From positions 124,001-188,000 of IMG/VR virus record IMGVR_UViG_3300020084_000003: a DNA stretch of 64,000 nucleotides. The stretch is one strand, 5' to 3'. Every line of letters starts with the position of its first letter. Positions within the stretch are counted from its first letter, which is position 1. Shown in pieces: positions 9,525 through 19,751 of the stretch. The position numbers were made by a program, and so were the translations under genes. Under the pieces are notes generated by a model. That model was given only the letters and a program-made list of their open reading frames with translations, was not told where the DNA came from and made no database searches.

Positions 9525-11024
9525 GATGTAGTCCTTTCTTTGCTGTTGGGCGTCTTGCCCGTTTCCATGATTAAGAGATAGAGCATGATTCTGATTCGTG
9601 CAAGCACAAAATGCGATAGGAACGAAAATAGTTTTTGCATCTTCTCGGCAAAAGAACAAAACGTGAACGAATAGGTTTCGCGGCGAAACCACGACGCAAT
9701 GAGAACGAATCATGAACGGTGATTCTGGATTCTATTTCAGAATATCATACTCAGGTTTAGTGTCAACAAGAAAAAAAGCCCCGAAGGGCTTTTCCTCATT
9801 CCATGAAGTTTTCAAATTCTGTCCAGCTATATTCTTCCGCAACCCCATAGGTTTCTTGGAATTGCTTGAACTCACGTTCTGCCGCATCGTGCGAAAGATT
9901 GTAGTGGGTGAGCAGGAGGTTCATAATGTCTGCGGGCGAGAGCATGGCGGGTTCCTTTCCCTTGGCTATGATTAAGATATAGCATCAGATTGTGATTCGT
10001 GCAAGAGGTAAAATGACTTTTTTCAAATTATTTTTGGGGTTGACAGGATAGGGGAGGGGATGATATTCTGAAATAGAATCAAGAATCACCGTTCATGATT
10101 CGTTCTTATAGGTTTCGCCGCGAAACTGTTTCACGTGAAACAAAAGAAAGAGGGGGCGTTATGCCCCCTGTTTCCATCCTTCTGCGATTTTTTCTTGCAT
10201 ATCATCAAATGCGATATGTTTGGGGATAACGGTTTGCGTCATAGCTTTACCATCCCAATACAGAGTCGCAGTTACATCTTCGTGCCCGAAAGTGGACTCG
10301 TAGGTGATTTTGAGGTTGGAGTTGGTAATAGTAATCATGGCGGGGTTCCTTTCCTTTGCCGATTATTCTTTATAGCATTAGCGGCAGGTTGCGTCAACAG
10401 GAAAATGCGTCACCAGATAGATCAAATGAATCCTTTCACAATGTGCGGATTCTTTGAAATAGTGATTTGTTGCTTTGATGAAAGCAAACCGGAACGGGCG
10501 AAATGCCAGACGTTTATTGCGATAGACACGGGAACAGATAGGTTCCCAACGGAAACCGCGCAGAAACTTGTGGTTCCACTCGCAGGAACGATAGTAATGA
10601 GTCAAGTCGCGCATTGCCTTATCTCCTGCTAGGGTTTCCATCTATATTTATAGTTGCACGATTCGGGTGTCTATGTCAATATCTAAAAAATAATTGTGAC
10701 GCGAACATGACACTTGCAAACAACCTAAACGGGTGCTAAGGTTCTGGCAGTTGTAACGAAAGGAGCGAATCATGTTTGATATTGTCAAGAAAATAATTAC
10801 ATTCCCCGGAAAATTTGTCGATTGGTTTGAGGCGGAACGTGGAACTGGTGAAGGAAAAAATGGTTGGGTAGGTAAACCATCGCGGGACTAGGGAGGATGA
10901 AAGACTCCTCTTTTCCCTATTGACAGCATGGGGAGGGCATGATATTCTGAAATAGAATCTTGATTCTTGCGTTCATGATTCGTTCTTTTGCGGATAAAAG
11001 AAAAAGCCCCGAAGGGCTTTCCTG

Positions 11025-11213
11025 TTACCAAGGGGCTTTTGCCAGAGTGACTTTGACTTTCCGCTTTGCCGCTGCGCGTTTCTCTTGAGCCAGAGCGAAA
11101 GCCTTTTCATCTTTTGCGGTAATGGCAGGAGCGGCACAATTTCCGCAACGCTTCTCAAAATCGACCCGGTTCATGTTAGCGTGGGAATTGAAGTATTGAG
11201 CGGAGACTTGCAT
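11025..11213 (-). CDS. Small basic protein, VxLxxxPW-tail family (...KVTLAKAPW)
   Basis: Own promoter, RBS and terminator. Shared C-terminal motif. Confidence 0.75.
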   Translation of the reverse strand: MQVSAQYFNSHANMNRVDFEKRCGNCAAPAITAKDEKAFALAQEKRAAAKRKVKVTLAKAPW

Positions 11214-11318
11214 CGGGTTGCCCTTTCTTGGCTGGTGTAATTATAGAATATGCCTTGCCAGATGATTCGTCAACAGGAAAAATGAAGTTTTTTGAATCTT
11301 TTTTGTTCACGGTTTGTT

Positions 11319-11837
11319 CTATATATAACCATGTTCCCGTTCTGCTTCATTTCTAGCAACTATTGCATCATCCAATTCTTTGAATCTTCCTATATGTTTT
11401 CTTTTACCATTTCCATCTCTAATTCTGACAACATAAGCATTTTTGAAAAAGTATATATTTCTTTCTTTTAACTTATTAGGTTTAACTACATTTTTATAAT
11501 TAATACTTTGTGAAACATCTCTAAGATTTTTTATTCTATTATCTTTTTTATCTTTATTAATATGATCTATCTCACATTTAGGCCATTCGCCGTAAACAAA
11601 AGCCCACGCTAATCTATGTGCGGAACAAATAATTTCATTATCCGCATATCCCAAATATATGTAACCATTTTTGTTAGACCCTGCAATTTTACCAGAATAC
11701 TCATTATTCCAATTAAGTTTTCTTTTAGTATTATATGGACGATGGTGTTCTTTTCTTTCTTTCCAATAAAATAATCCAGTATCTTTATTATAAGAAACTA
11801 GTTCTTTCCATAATTCTAAATTAGAATCACTTTTCAT
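11319..11837 (-). mobile_element. Freestanding HNH homing endonuclease with a C-terminal AP2-like domain
   Basis: 'AHRLAW..VYGEWP..EIDHINKDKKDNRIKNLR' and 'HIGRFKELDDAIVARNEAE'. AT-rich relative to its flanks. Confidence 0.85.
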
Positions 11838-11883
11838 GCTATACTCCTTTTTATTCGGAGCATAGCATGAAAATATTAAATTG

Positions 11884-11976
11884 TCAATCCTTCCAAGGAT
11901 AGGGCGGGAGGCTGACGGGCTTGCTCGACTCTTTCTGCGAGGCAAGGGCTTGAGCGATTTTCTTTTGCTTGGACAT
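11884..11976 (-). CDS. 30-aa peptide, VxLxxxPW-tail family (MSKQKKIAQALASQKESSKPVSLPPYPWKD); not in the ORF track
   Basis: Read by hand. AAGGA RBS and an upstream promoter. Confidence 0.65.
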   Translation of the reverse strand: MSKQKKIAQALASQKESSKPVSLPPYPWKD

Positions 11977-12190
11977 TCGGGCTTTCCTTCTGCTTTCCCG
12001 TTTCCTTATCTAATAGATAGCCCATCCCAACATGATTCGCAAGAGGTATGATGCAGATTCTTTTTTTATTTTGTGCATTGACAGGTTGCGGGGTTGTGTG
12101 ATATTCTGCGCGACCAATTGACCAGATGATTCGTTGTTTCACGTGAAACATAAAGAAAAGGGCAGAGGTTTACCCCCTGCCCCTATGCCT

Positions 12191-12622
12191 TTACAATGCC
12201 CGCAGCCATTCCAGAACGTCGCCGGGAACCTCTTTCCGCAGCCATGCGCTGCCGTATGTGTAGGGCTTGCCGTTGTGCAGATAGGTTGCATCGTGCAAAA
12301 TATCGGCGGGCATTTGTTCCAGAATGTCTTGATATGCCCGCACCCCAGATTGTGCAATCCATGCCTCTTGCGCGGGTGATCCTGCCGTCAAGTCATTCAG
12401 ATGCCAATCTTTCCAGATTTGGTAAAGTTTGGCAATCTTACCAACAGTCCAGCCCGGCGCAGTTTCCGTGATGTTAAGCAGTTCATCACGGATTTGTCCA
12501 TAGGCAATGTTTCCGACATTGCCGCAAATCGACAGATTGTCGCCTTCTTTAATTCCAATTTCCACCACGACCGGGCGATGGTCGATTTTGCCGATAGTGA
12601 GTTTCTTGAACATTTTTCGCAT
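12191..12622 (-). CDS. Hypothetical phage protein (WHLNDLTAG...Y.YGSAWL motif)
   Basis: GAGG RBS and cassette promoter. Confidence 0.75.
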   Translation of the reverse strand: MRKMFKKLTIGKIDHRPVVVEIGIKEGDNLSICGNVGNIAYGQIRDELLNITETAPGWTVGKIAKLYQIWKDWHLNDLTAGSPAQEAWIAQSGVRAYQDILEQMPADILHDATYLHNGKPYTYGSAWLRKEVPGDVLEWLRAL

Positions 12623-12756
12623 CCTCTTGTTTGCGTGTGATTCTGTTATGCCATATCTCTTCCGAGTCGTCAATCATTTTCTTTCTATTGACACCCTGCC
12701 CCTTCCCATGATATTCTGCGCGGCCAGACGAATCAGTAAAAAGAAAAGTGTGGCAA

Positions 12757-12975
12757 TTATGCCACACTCAACTCCGTAATCTTGCAGGGAAATACTTCTT
12801 CCGTTGTCATGAAACCGCCGAAGTGAACCTCGATGCCGAACCAATGATTCGGATTCATTCCTTCCGGCAGAGGATCAATCTTGACCACGCGACCCGTTGA
12901 ACCTGCGGGGATCGGCTCGACCCCTTCAATGATGACCAGCGGAACGATGTTCTTGACGATGGAACCAACTTGCAT
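12757..12975 (-). CDS. Small beta-rich hypothetical protein
   Basis: AGGAG RBS and cassette promoter. Confidence 0.65.
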   Translation of the reverse strand: MQVGSIVKNIVPLVIIEGVEPIPAGSTGRVVKIDPLPEGMNPNHWFGIEVHFGGFMTTEEVFPCKITELSVA

Positions 12976-13166
12976 TTTGTTCTCCTGTTTCTGATGATTC
13001 TGTTATGCCATATCCATTCCGAGTCGTCAACATTTTTCTTTCTATTGACAGGTTGCGGGGTTGTGTGATATTCTCGCCCGCCCTGCCCCTGCCCGATTCG
13101 CATTGGAATGTTTCACGTGAAACAAAAGCAAGAGGGGCAAGGTTTCCCCTGCCCCTCTCTCTTGTC

Positions 13167-13457
13167 TTAGGCTTCCGCCTTGGCAGCGCGACGGGCCGCG
13201 TTGCGTTCCATAGTCGCAAGCCACGAACGGGCTTTGCCGGTCAGGGCAGGGACATGAGCGGGACGGCCACGCTTGCCAGTAGGTTCCGCCGTTTTCATCT
13301 CGACCCGGCCCATCTCGACCAGTTTCAGCAGCAGATGGCGCGAGGGGATGTTCTCAGCATCGCCCGTATGGATGGCGCGGAGTGCAGCCACGATGGCGTC
13401 ACGGTTGGCGAAAGTAGCGGGACGGCCACGGGCGGCTTTGGTTTCGGTGTTGGTCAT
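13167..13457 (-). CDS. AT-hook (RGRP) / winged-helix-like protein, copy 2
   Basis: Close paralog of 9219-9524. Confidence 0.75.
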   Translation of the reverse strand: MTNTETKAARGRPATFANRDAIVAALRAIHTGDAENIPSRHLLLKLVEMGRVEMKTAEPTGKRGRPAHVPALTGKARSWLATMERNAARRAAKAEA

Positions 13458-13753
13458 GAGGTAGTTCCTTTCTCGTTTGTGGGCGTCTTGCCCGTTTCCA
13501 TGAACTATAGATGCCACATGGATTCGATTCGTGCAAGAGGAAAAATGACTTCCAAGCGAAAAAAGTTGTAAGCCGTTGAAAGTAAACGGAAACTTTCTTT
13601 TCTTTATGAGAATCACCCCATGCGCGGGCGCGAGAGAATATCACAAGGAACGGGCATGGGTCAAGGGTAAAAATGATTTGGTGCAATTGAACTTTGGGGT
13701 TGTGCTTGCGTTGGGGATGTGTCAGAACTGACAGGACGCAACAACAGAAGGAA

Positions 13754-13972
13754 ATGAGATTGCATCCCACCTATTACGCTTTAGGTATCGTGACGGATGC
13801 GCGAGGACTTCAACGGATGGCAACTTTTCTTAATCTAACCAAATGCGGCAACACTTTTGCAAATGGTAACAGGATGCTACAATATGATAAAGAAAACAAT
13901 CTTTTGCTCTTGAACTCGACAAAAGATGATGCCTTGAGACTCAGCGCACGATTCAACTTTGAGTTTGAATGA
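13754..13972 (+). CDS. Hypothetical protein, paralog of 6338-6571
   Basis: Sequence similarity. Followed by a terminator and a parS site. Confidence 0.75.
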   Translation: MRLHPTYYALGIVTDARGLQRMATFLNLTKCGNTFANGNRMLQYDKENNLLLLNSTKDDALRLSARFNFEFE

Positions 13973-14173
13973 AAGAAAGAAAGAGGCAGGGGAAACCCTG
14001 CCTCTTTTGTTTCACGTGAAACAGTTTCGCAGCGAAACCACCGAATCACTTTTCACGTGAACGCGGGAGAATATCAAATAAATAACTATAGGTCAACAGG
14101 AAAGATTGAGTTGACAAACCGTTCTGGTTGTGCGAGTATTGGAATCAGAACTCAAACATGAAAGGAATCGAAA

Positions 14174-14377
14174 ATGATTGTTATCGTGGAACATATGGAT
14201 AAACAAAATCCTGATGGGCGCTATATGAAAGACGTTATCACCAATGCAAAAGCAGCGGAATCGTTCCTCGGGCAAGTCAATATGTCCAACAAAAACAAGG
14301 GCAAGGGCGAGGCTCAGGCGGGTGACGTGATCGGAAACTTGCGTATCGTGAAAATTTCCGAGAAAAATAAAGCTTGA
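14174..14377 (+). CDS. Small hypothetical protein
   Basis: TTGACA promoter and AAAGGA RBS. Confidence 0.65.
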   Translation: MIVIVEHMDKQNPDGRYMKDVITNAKAAESFLGQVNMSNKNKGKGEAQAGDVIGNLRIVKISEKNKA

Positions 14378-14430
14378 CGCGAATCAGGGATTAGGGCATG
14401 ATGGAATCACATCAACAAAGGAAACCAGCC

Positions 14431-14616
14431 ATGTTCTTGTCCCTGACCAAAATCCGTGAAGATGCAATGAAAATCATCAAGGAAAACAACATCACTTGCC
14501 CGGCAGAGGTTTACTTTGCCGTCATCAACGCGACTAACGGTGACGTGATTCAAAAGCGCGTCAACAAGGTAGTTGATAGCATCTGCCGCGAATTGAACAT
14601 CCCGCAAGAGTGGTAA
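14431..14616 (+). CDS. Small hypothetical protein
   Basis: Own promoter and AAGGA RBS. Confidence 0.65.
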   Translation: MFLSLTKIREDAMKIIKENNITCPAEVYFAVINATNGDVIQKRVNKVVDSICRELNIPQEW

Positions 14617-14958
14617 GACACCATCGCACAAGACCTCAGAAGCCCGCCTAGTGCGGGTTTCTTGCTTTTGTGGGTCTACCTACCAGAGCAGCATAACGCG
14701 GCTCACAGGGCAATTTTTAGGGGGTTGACACTACGGGCAGAGGTATGATATTCTCCGCGACTTTTTCCAATAGTGATTCGTATTTCGCTTTTCTTTCAAT
14801 ATAGATTAATGCGTCACAATATCTTTTTGAATATTTAATGTAAGCATCACATTCTTTAATTAAACGAATTAATTCTAATTCATCCATTTAATTCTCCTTT
14901 TCTCTCCTGATCTATTTATGAGAAAAGGAAAAGGGGCATTTCTGCCCCTTCCTGTTTC

Positions 14959-15330
14959 CTATGCGCTGATCTTTTCCAGCACTTCTTTTTGATTGGCAAT
15001 CGCCTTGTCCAGAGCATCATTGATGAACATGGCAACGGCAGGAACCTTGTCAGGTCCGCACAGCGTGACAGCCGCAAGCCCTTCGGCATCTTCACGGGTG
15101 AACATGGGGGCAAAGGTAATGCCCGTCACGTGCCCTTTCAAGACTTCGCGGCGACCATTCACGGCAGGGGCGAAATCGTAATCCATGCCCATGCCCGCGA
15201 CAGGATTCCACACAACCCAACCGTGCGAGACAATCGAGTTTTTGATTTTGCGGGCTTCACATTTTGCGATGAACTCGGCGGCATCCTTGGAAACCATATC
15301 GCGCAGAGCCTTGGCTTGTTCTTCGGTCAT
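14959..15330 (-). CDS. Hypothetical early protein
   Basis: Cassette promoter with AAAGGAACCC RBS. Confidence 0.7.
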   Translation of the reverse strand: MTEEQAKALRDMVSKDAAEFIAKCEARKIKNSIVSHGWVVWNPVAGMGMDYDFAPAVNGRREVLKGHVTGITFAPMFTREDAEGLAAVTLCGPDKVPAVAMFINDALDKAIANQKEVLEKISA

Positions 15331-15517
15331 TTCTGGGTTCCTTTCCCTTTGCTGATGATTCTTTATCTCACATCCCAAACGATTCGAAAAGCGAAAATTG
15401 ACATAGGGGCCAATTTTTTATAGTATTGACACTATACCCTCTCCTATGATATTCTTCCGCGCCCATATAGAGAGTGATTCGAAAAGGGTGTGACATTTCT
15501 GCCACACCCTCGGTAGG

Positions 15518-15781
15518 TTAGGCAAGTTTCCTTGCCAGCCTCTCTTGATATTGTTGCATCCGTTGTTCTGCGAACGTGATGCAGCCGACTCCCACCATAC
15601 CGAACTTTACCGCGTTGACTTGTGCGCGGATGTAGGTTGCATTAAGTTTCCGAAGAAACTTCGTGGCGGGGTCGTTGTTTGCCACTTCACCCCACAGAGA
15701 CGAGTCTTGGCTGACGTTCTCTTCATAGTAGTCGATGCGGGCGAACATTGCTTTGCAGAGGTCATTGAAGTTGCGGATCAT
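15518..15781 (-). CDS. Hypothetical early protein
   Basis: Same cassette leader as 14959. Confidence 0.7.
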   Translation of the reverse strand: MIRNFNDLCKAMFARIDYYEENVSQDSSLWGEVANNDPATKFLRKLNATYIRAQVNAVKFGMVGVGCITFAEQRMQQYQERLARKLA

Positions 15782-15955
15782 CTTTTGGGTTCCTTTCCCT
15801 TTGCTGATGATTCTTTATCTCATATCCCAAATGATTCGGAAAGCGAAAAATGACTGACAGAAACACTTTTTTCGAATCACCCAATGCAAAGGCGGCGCAG
15901 AATATCACACTCAGACTAGCAGTCAAGAAGAAAAAAGGGGATTGCTCCCCTTCCT

Positions 15956-16273
15956 TCACAGGTTCCACATTTCCAGAATTGCATGGGCTTGCTTTACCGC
16001 ATCCCGGTCAAGGTGCCATGATGGGACTCCACCTTCAAGATTCAGTCCCGTTCCCCGCACTGTTTTGAAAGTGTCCAGATTGTAACGGGAAACAAATTGC
16101 CCGAGGATCGTGTCACCAATTTTGTCAAACCGATAAAGAATGTCGTAAAACTCAACCATCGGTTCATCTTTTTCGTGGGTGAGTTGCATCTTATGGCCGT
16201 AGCAGTCGCCTTTTTCCACAACGCGCATGTTGAAGGCTTCACCGCTTTTGTTCTGGATAGTTGCGAGTTTCAT
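15956..16273 (-). CDS. Hypothetical phage protein
   Basis: Same cassette leader. 'VEFYD..Y....GQFVSRY' motif. Confidence 0.7.
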   Translation of the reverse strand: MKLATIQNKSGEAFNMRVVEKGDCYGHKMQLTHEKDEPMVEFYDILYRFDKIGDTILGQFVSRYNLDTFKTVRGTGLNLEGGVPSWHLDRDAVKQAHAILEMWNL

Positions 16274-16364
16274 CTGTTGGGTTCCTTTCCCTTTGCTGAT
16301 GATTCTTTATCGCATAGCAGAAACGATTCTGCAATAGTAAAAGGGGGCATTGCTGCCCCCTTTT

Positions 16365-16655
16365 TCATCCCATTGGAGTCATTGTCCTGATCCCGAAAAT
16401 GATTCCGTCGATGTAAGTTGCCATTTCCGACGCATTGACACGACGCGAGAGAGGGCCGAACGTGGACTCGCCCGTGGACTCTTCCATTTCCCGCAGGATA
16501 TAACCGCCATAAATGGGGGCATGATCCAGCTTGATGTGGCCCACGTTTCCGTCAAACGTGCCGTTTGCGTTGCGGGTATAGGGCGTTTCGGGACGGTTCA
16601 GAATCTTGTTCAGGCGGGTAACTTTCGCTTCCAGTTCTTTTTTAGTAACGCGCAT
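16365..16655 (-). CDS. Hypothetical early protein
   Basis: Same cassette leader. Confidence 0.7.
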   Translation of the reverse strand: MRVTKKELEAKVTRLNKILNRPETPYTRNANGTFDGNVGHIKLDHAPIYGGYILREMEESTGESTFGPLSRRVNASEMATYIDGIIFGIRTMTPMG

Positions 16656-16824
16656 TTGGGTTCCTTTCCCTTGCTGATGATTCTTTATCGCATATCCGAA
16701 AGCAGATTGCAAGAACTTTTTTGGGGTTGACGATACATCCCTTCCCATGATATTCTCCCGCTCCAACTGCCTAGATGATTCGTTGTTTCACGTGAAACAT
16801 AAAAGAAAAGAGGGGCAATGCCCC

Positions 16825-17079
16825 TCAATCCTCTTCCGGGTCAATTGAATAAGAAAGAACATCAATCAACTTTTGTCTTTCTTTATCATCACAAAGAAAC
16901 TCAACAAGGGCAGTTATCTTTGAGTATTTGGTATCATTGAAGATACCGAAATCAGATAAAAGGCTTTGAAACTTTTTAAGCATTAACTCTTCACAATGGT
17001 CAATTGCCTTTTCCCTTGTTTCAAACATTTTCCCGTCAATTTCATAAACGGTTTTAGTTGCAATCCGACGCATTTTCAT
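16825..17079 (-). CDS. Hypothetical protein
   Basis: Translationally coupled to the upstream ORF. Confidence 0.6.
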   Translation of the reverse strand: MKMRRIATKTVYEIDGKMFETREKAIDHCEELMLKKFQSLLSDFGIFNDTKYSKITALVEFLCDDKERQKLIDVLSYSIDPEED

Positions 17080-17354
17080 TTCCCTTTCAATTTGGCTTCA
17101 CGTGCAGCCCGCAATTCTTCCCGATATTCTTTCCCGTAAAGTTTATTGAATTTGCGATTATATTCCCGCATCATGGCGAAAAGTTCGCGTTCTTTTCGAT
17201 AGGCTTCCTGCCATTCCGGGGTGGCCTTGATGTGGGCGGGGGTCAGACCCATCGGGCCACGTTCATCACCGGACACGATGCGAAGGCGGATTGCGGCAGC
17301 ATCATGCGCCATATCAATCATGGCTTTCCCGGCTTTTGCTTTCAGATAGGTCAT
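17076..17354 (-). CDS. Hypothetical protein (GPMGLTP..IKATPEW motif)
   Basis: Cassette promoter and RBS. Confidence 0.7.
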   Translation of the reverse strand: MTYLKAKAGKAMIDMAHDAAAIRLRIVSGDERGPMGLTPAHIKATPEWQEAYRKERELFAMMREYNRKFNKLYGKEYREELRAAREAKLKGK

Positions 17355-17509
17355 GACAAGGTTCCTTTCCTCTTTTCCTGATTCCTTTATGCCATTTTGA
17401 AAATGATTCGTCAAGCACTTTTTTTAGATTGACAACCAATCCCATCCCATGATATTCTTGGCGGCTTTCCGAATCAGTAAAAGAAAAGGCGGGTTTCCCC
17501 GCCTCCCTC

Positions 17510-17911
17510 TCACCACCCTCCGATCCAATAAGGCTCATAATTTTCACCCTCAGACGGCGTTACCATATAAACCGACTCTGGCCCCTCTGCATCCTCGTAA
17601 ACCCGTTCCACGTGGCGCTTATAGGCTGCTACGCTAAGGGGCATTTCGCTGATATAGCTTGCCCGCGTCCCGTCGCAGTCACGCGATTCACGTATAACGA
17701 AAACAGTCCCGCGTTCTGTTTTCTTTTCTTCCATAGCATCGCGGATCAGTTGTTTCTCTTGAAGGGCATCCCAATGATTCCCGTAACGATTTTGATGGCC
17801 TTCGGCACCCACACCAAAAACACCATCAACATCATATTTTCCGCCATGTTTGCGGAAGTTTGCGCGAATTTTCAGAAAATCATATTTGCTCAGGTTGACT
17901 TTGGAGAACAT
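17510..17911 (-). CDS. Hypothetical protein
   Basis: Cassette leader with AAAGGAACCC. Confidence 0.7.
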   Translation of the reverse strand: MFSKVNLSKYDFLKIRANFRKHGGKYDVDGVFGVGAEGHQNRYGNHWDALQEKQLIRDAMEEKKTERGTVFVIRESRDCDGTRASYISEMPLSVAAYKRHVERVYEDAEGPESVYMVTPSEGENYEPYWIGGW

Positions 17912-18076
17912 GATTCGGGTTCCTTTCCCTTTGCTGGTATCCCTTTATCGCATATCCAAAAGAGGATTGCAACAAATATTTTCGAATCAGTTTGGGAAAA
18001 GGTGCGGGAGAATATCATAGAACCTACAGGCAGGCAATAGAAAAAAGGTGTGACATTTCTGCCACACCTTCTGATC

Positions 18077-18418
18077 TTATCGGAGGTAGTCGGGACCGGT
18101 CCACTTGATCCACGACAAATCCCCTTCTGCCAAGTTGCCCCGCGCTTGGTTGCGGGCAGGGGTTGCCCATCCGGCAGGCTTCAAAATATCGCCATATTTG
18201 AACTTCTTGTCGTCATGGCAGTTGACAATGAAGCAATGCACCGAATTGTCGAGAATCACCTTGATGTATTTTTTACCTTCCGTGTAAGTCAGGATTTCAC
18301 CCGACTCCATCTTGGCAACATGGCCCACGGCATAGCTGTTGCCTTCCGCAAGGCTTTTCGCGTTCCACTTTTTGTAGTCCGCGATAATGGCATCCAGAAG
18401 GCTTTTGACGTTCAGCAT
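18077..18418 (-). CDS. Conserved phage hypothetical protein (GKKYIKV...GDILKPAGWATPA..ARGN)
   Basis: Motif recognisable from widespread myophage hypothetical proteins. Confidence 0.7.
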   Translation of the reverse strand: MLNVKSLLDAIIADYKKWNAKSLAEGNSYAVGHVAKMESGEILTYTEGKKYIKVILDNSVHCFIVNCHDDKKFKYGDILKPAGWATPARNQARGNLAEGDLSWIKWTGPDYLR

Positions 18419-18478
18419 CTTTGCAATCCCTTGTTTTGTGTTTCTGTGATTCCTTTTTACAGGAACCACATTGACTTG

Positions 18479-18805
18479 TCAACCCCGCGTGACTTGGTAG
18501 CGTTTGCCGGGAACGGCATGTTCAACGCAAGTCGTGTTTTCATAGGGGTTGAATACGGCAACGAACGTGTTGCTGCCTTGCTGGATAATGTCATATTCCC
18601 ATTGATAACCGAGTCCATCGACCTCGCCAAGCCCCGAACCAATGTAACGAATATCTTCCGAATATTCCATAATGTCAGCAAAATGTTCCACATCATAGCA
18701 CTGCGCCGCGACAGGCTCAACCTCGATGATGCTGGACATATACCCATCAGCGAAAGCGGCAGACGTGGAAAGTATCAGGGCGGCGATGGTTGCAAATTTG
18801 GTCAT
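18479..18805 (-). CDS. Secreted/periplasmic acidic protein
   Basis: Signal peptide MTKFATIAALILSTSAAFA. Confidence 0.65.
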   Translation of the reverse strand: MTKFATIAALILSTSAAFADGYMSSIIEVEPVAAQCYDVEHFADIMEYSEDIRYIGSGLGEVDGLGYQWEYDIIQQGSNTFVAVFNPYENTTCVEHAVPGKRYQVTRG

Positions 18806-19751
18806 GGTTCTCGTTCCTTTCGGTTGTGTTTTGTTTCTCTGTGATTCTGTTATGCCATGAATGAAGATGATTCGCAAGCACTTTTTCAAAAATCTTTTTC
18901 CTTGACTTGATCTTGTGTTGTGTGATATTCTCTGCGAATTTTTCGAATCAAAAAAAGAGGGGGATTTCTCCCCCTTAGTTATTCGTTTACTTGCATTGCA
19001 ATTGCCCAGACACTTGCGCCTTCTTCAATGCTCATATCATGACGCTGACAAACTGCGGCAAGATTTGTTCCATCCGGTTGAATTTTCACAATTTCTTCCT
19101 TGATTTTCTCATACATGACTGCTTTGCCCATTATTCCCGTTCCCCTTCATCGTCAACCCGAACGTCCAGAAGTTGATTCCGATTGTCGCGGGCTGCAAGG
19201 CGTTGTTCGCGCCGTTGCTGGCGAACGCCATTGCGATCACGTTTCCGATCACGCGGGGTGAATTCTTCGTCGTCTTTTTCAAACCATTTCGCCATTTTGT
19301 TTCTCCTATGTCTGGCGCTTCGTTGTGATTCTGTTATAGCTGATTCGGTTCAGGTTGTCAAGAATAAGTTTTTTTCACCCATTCATCAAAATTGGTATCG
19401 AAACCCTCGAAAATACATTCCGAATTGACATAATTTTCAATCGTCCCATCATGAAACGAAACCGTGTAAATGGGTTCCAAATTGTCACCACCAACATCTT
19501 CCATCCGCATCCCCACTATATGGAAAGGTTTTCCGTTGTGGTTGGTGCAAGTATCTGCATAGAAAAGCTTTCTCAAATTAAGATTCGGCGTTCCCACGTC
19601 ATTCTCCTTTTGCTGTTGTGATTCCTTTATGCCATACCCATTCCGATTCGTCAATCAATTTCTTTCTATTGACACGATACAGTATGGTGTGATATTCTCT
19701 GCCGCCCAGACGAATCACAAAGAGTGTGACATTTCTGCCACACCCTTGTTT

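Larger units (their letters stand above)
3249..11319. promoter_or_regulatory. Cluster of 16 alphaproteobacterial LexA (SOS) boxes, GAAC-N7-GAAC / GTTC-N7-GTTC
   Basis: 15-mers at 3249, 3713, 3884, 4433, 4939, 6616, 7752, 7779, 8178, 8215, 8899, 9654, 9703, 10091, 10971 and 11305. All are intergenic and match the established alphaproteobacterial LexA direct-repeat box. Confidence 0.8.
8197..14038. repeat. 5 copies of the palindrome GTTTCGC-N-GCGAAAC (unassigned operator)
   Basis: Copies at 8197, 8921, 9675, 10112 and 14024, with central base G/T/G/C/A. Three directly abut a parS site. Confidence 0.75.

Noticed and set aside
14820-14900. CtrA box cluster (TTAA-N7-TTAA)
   Set aside because: The stretch is AT-rich with several TTAA, but I did not see the correct N7 spacing, and there is no repeated pattern like the LexA or parS sites.
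6907-18844. Long antisense ORFs (6907-7644, 13005-13571, 18050-18844 and similar)
   Set aside because: These are shadow frames of GC-rich minus-strand genes and cross intergenic repeats.
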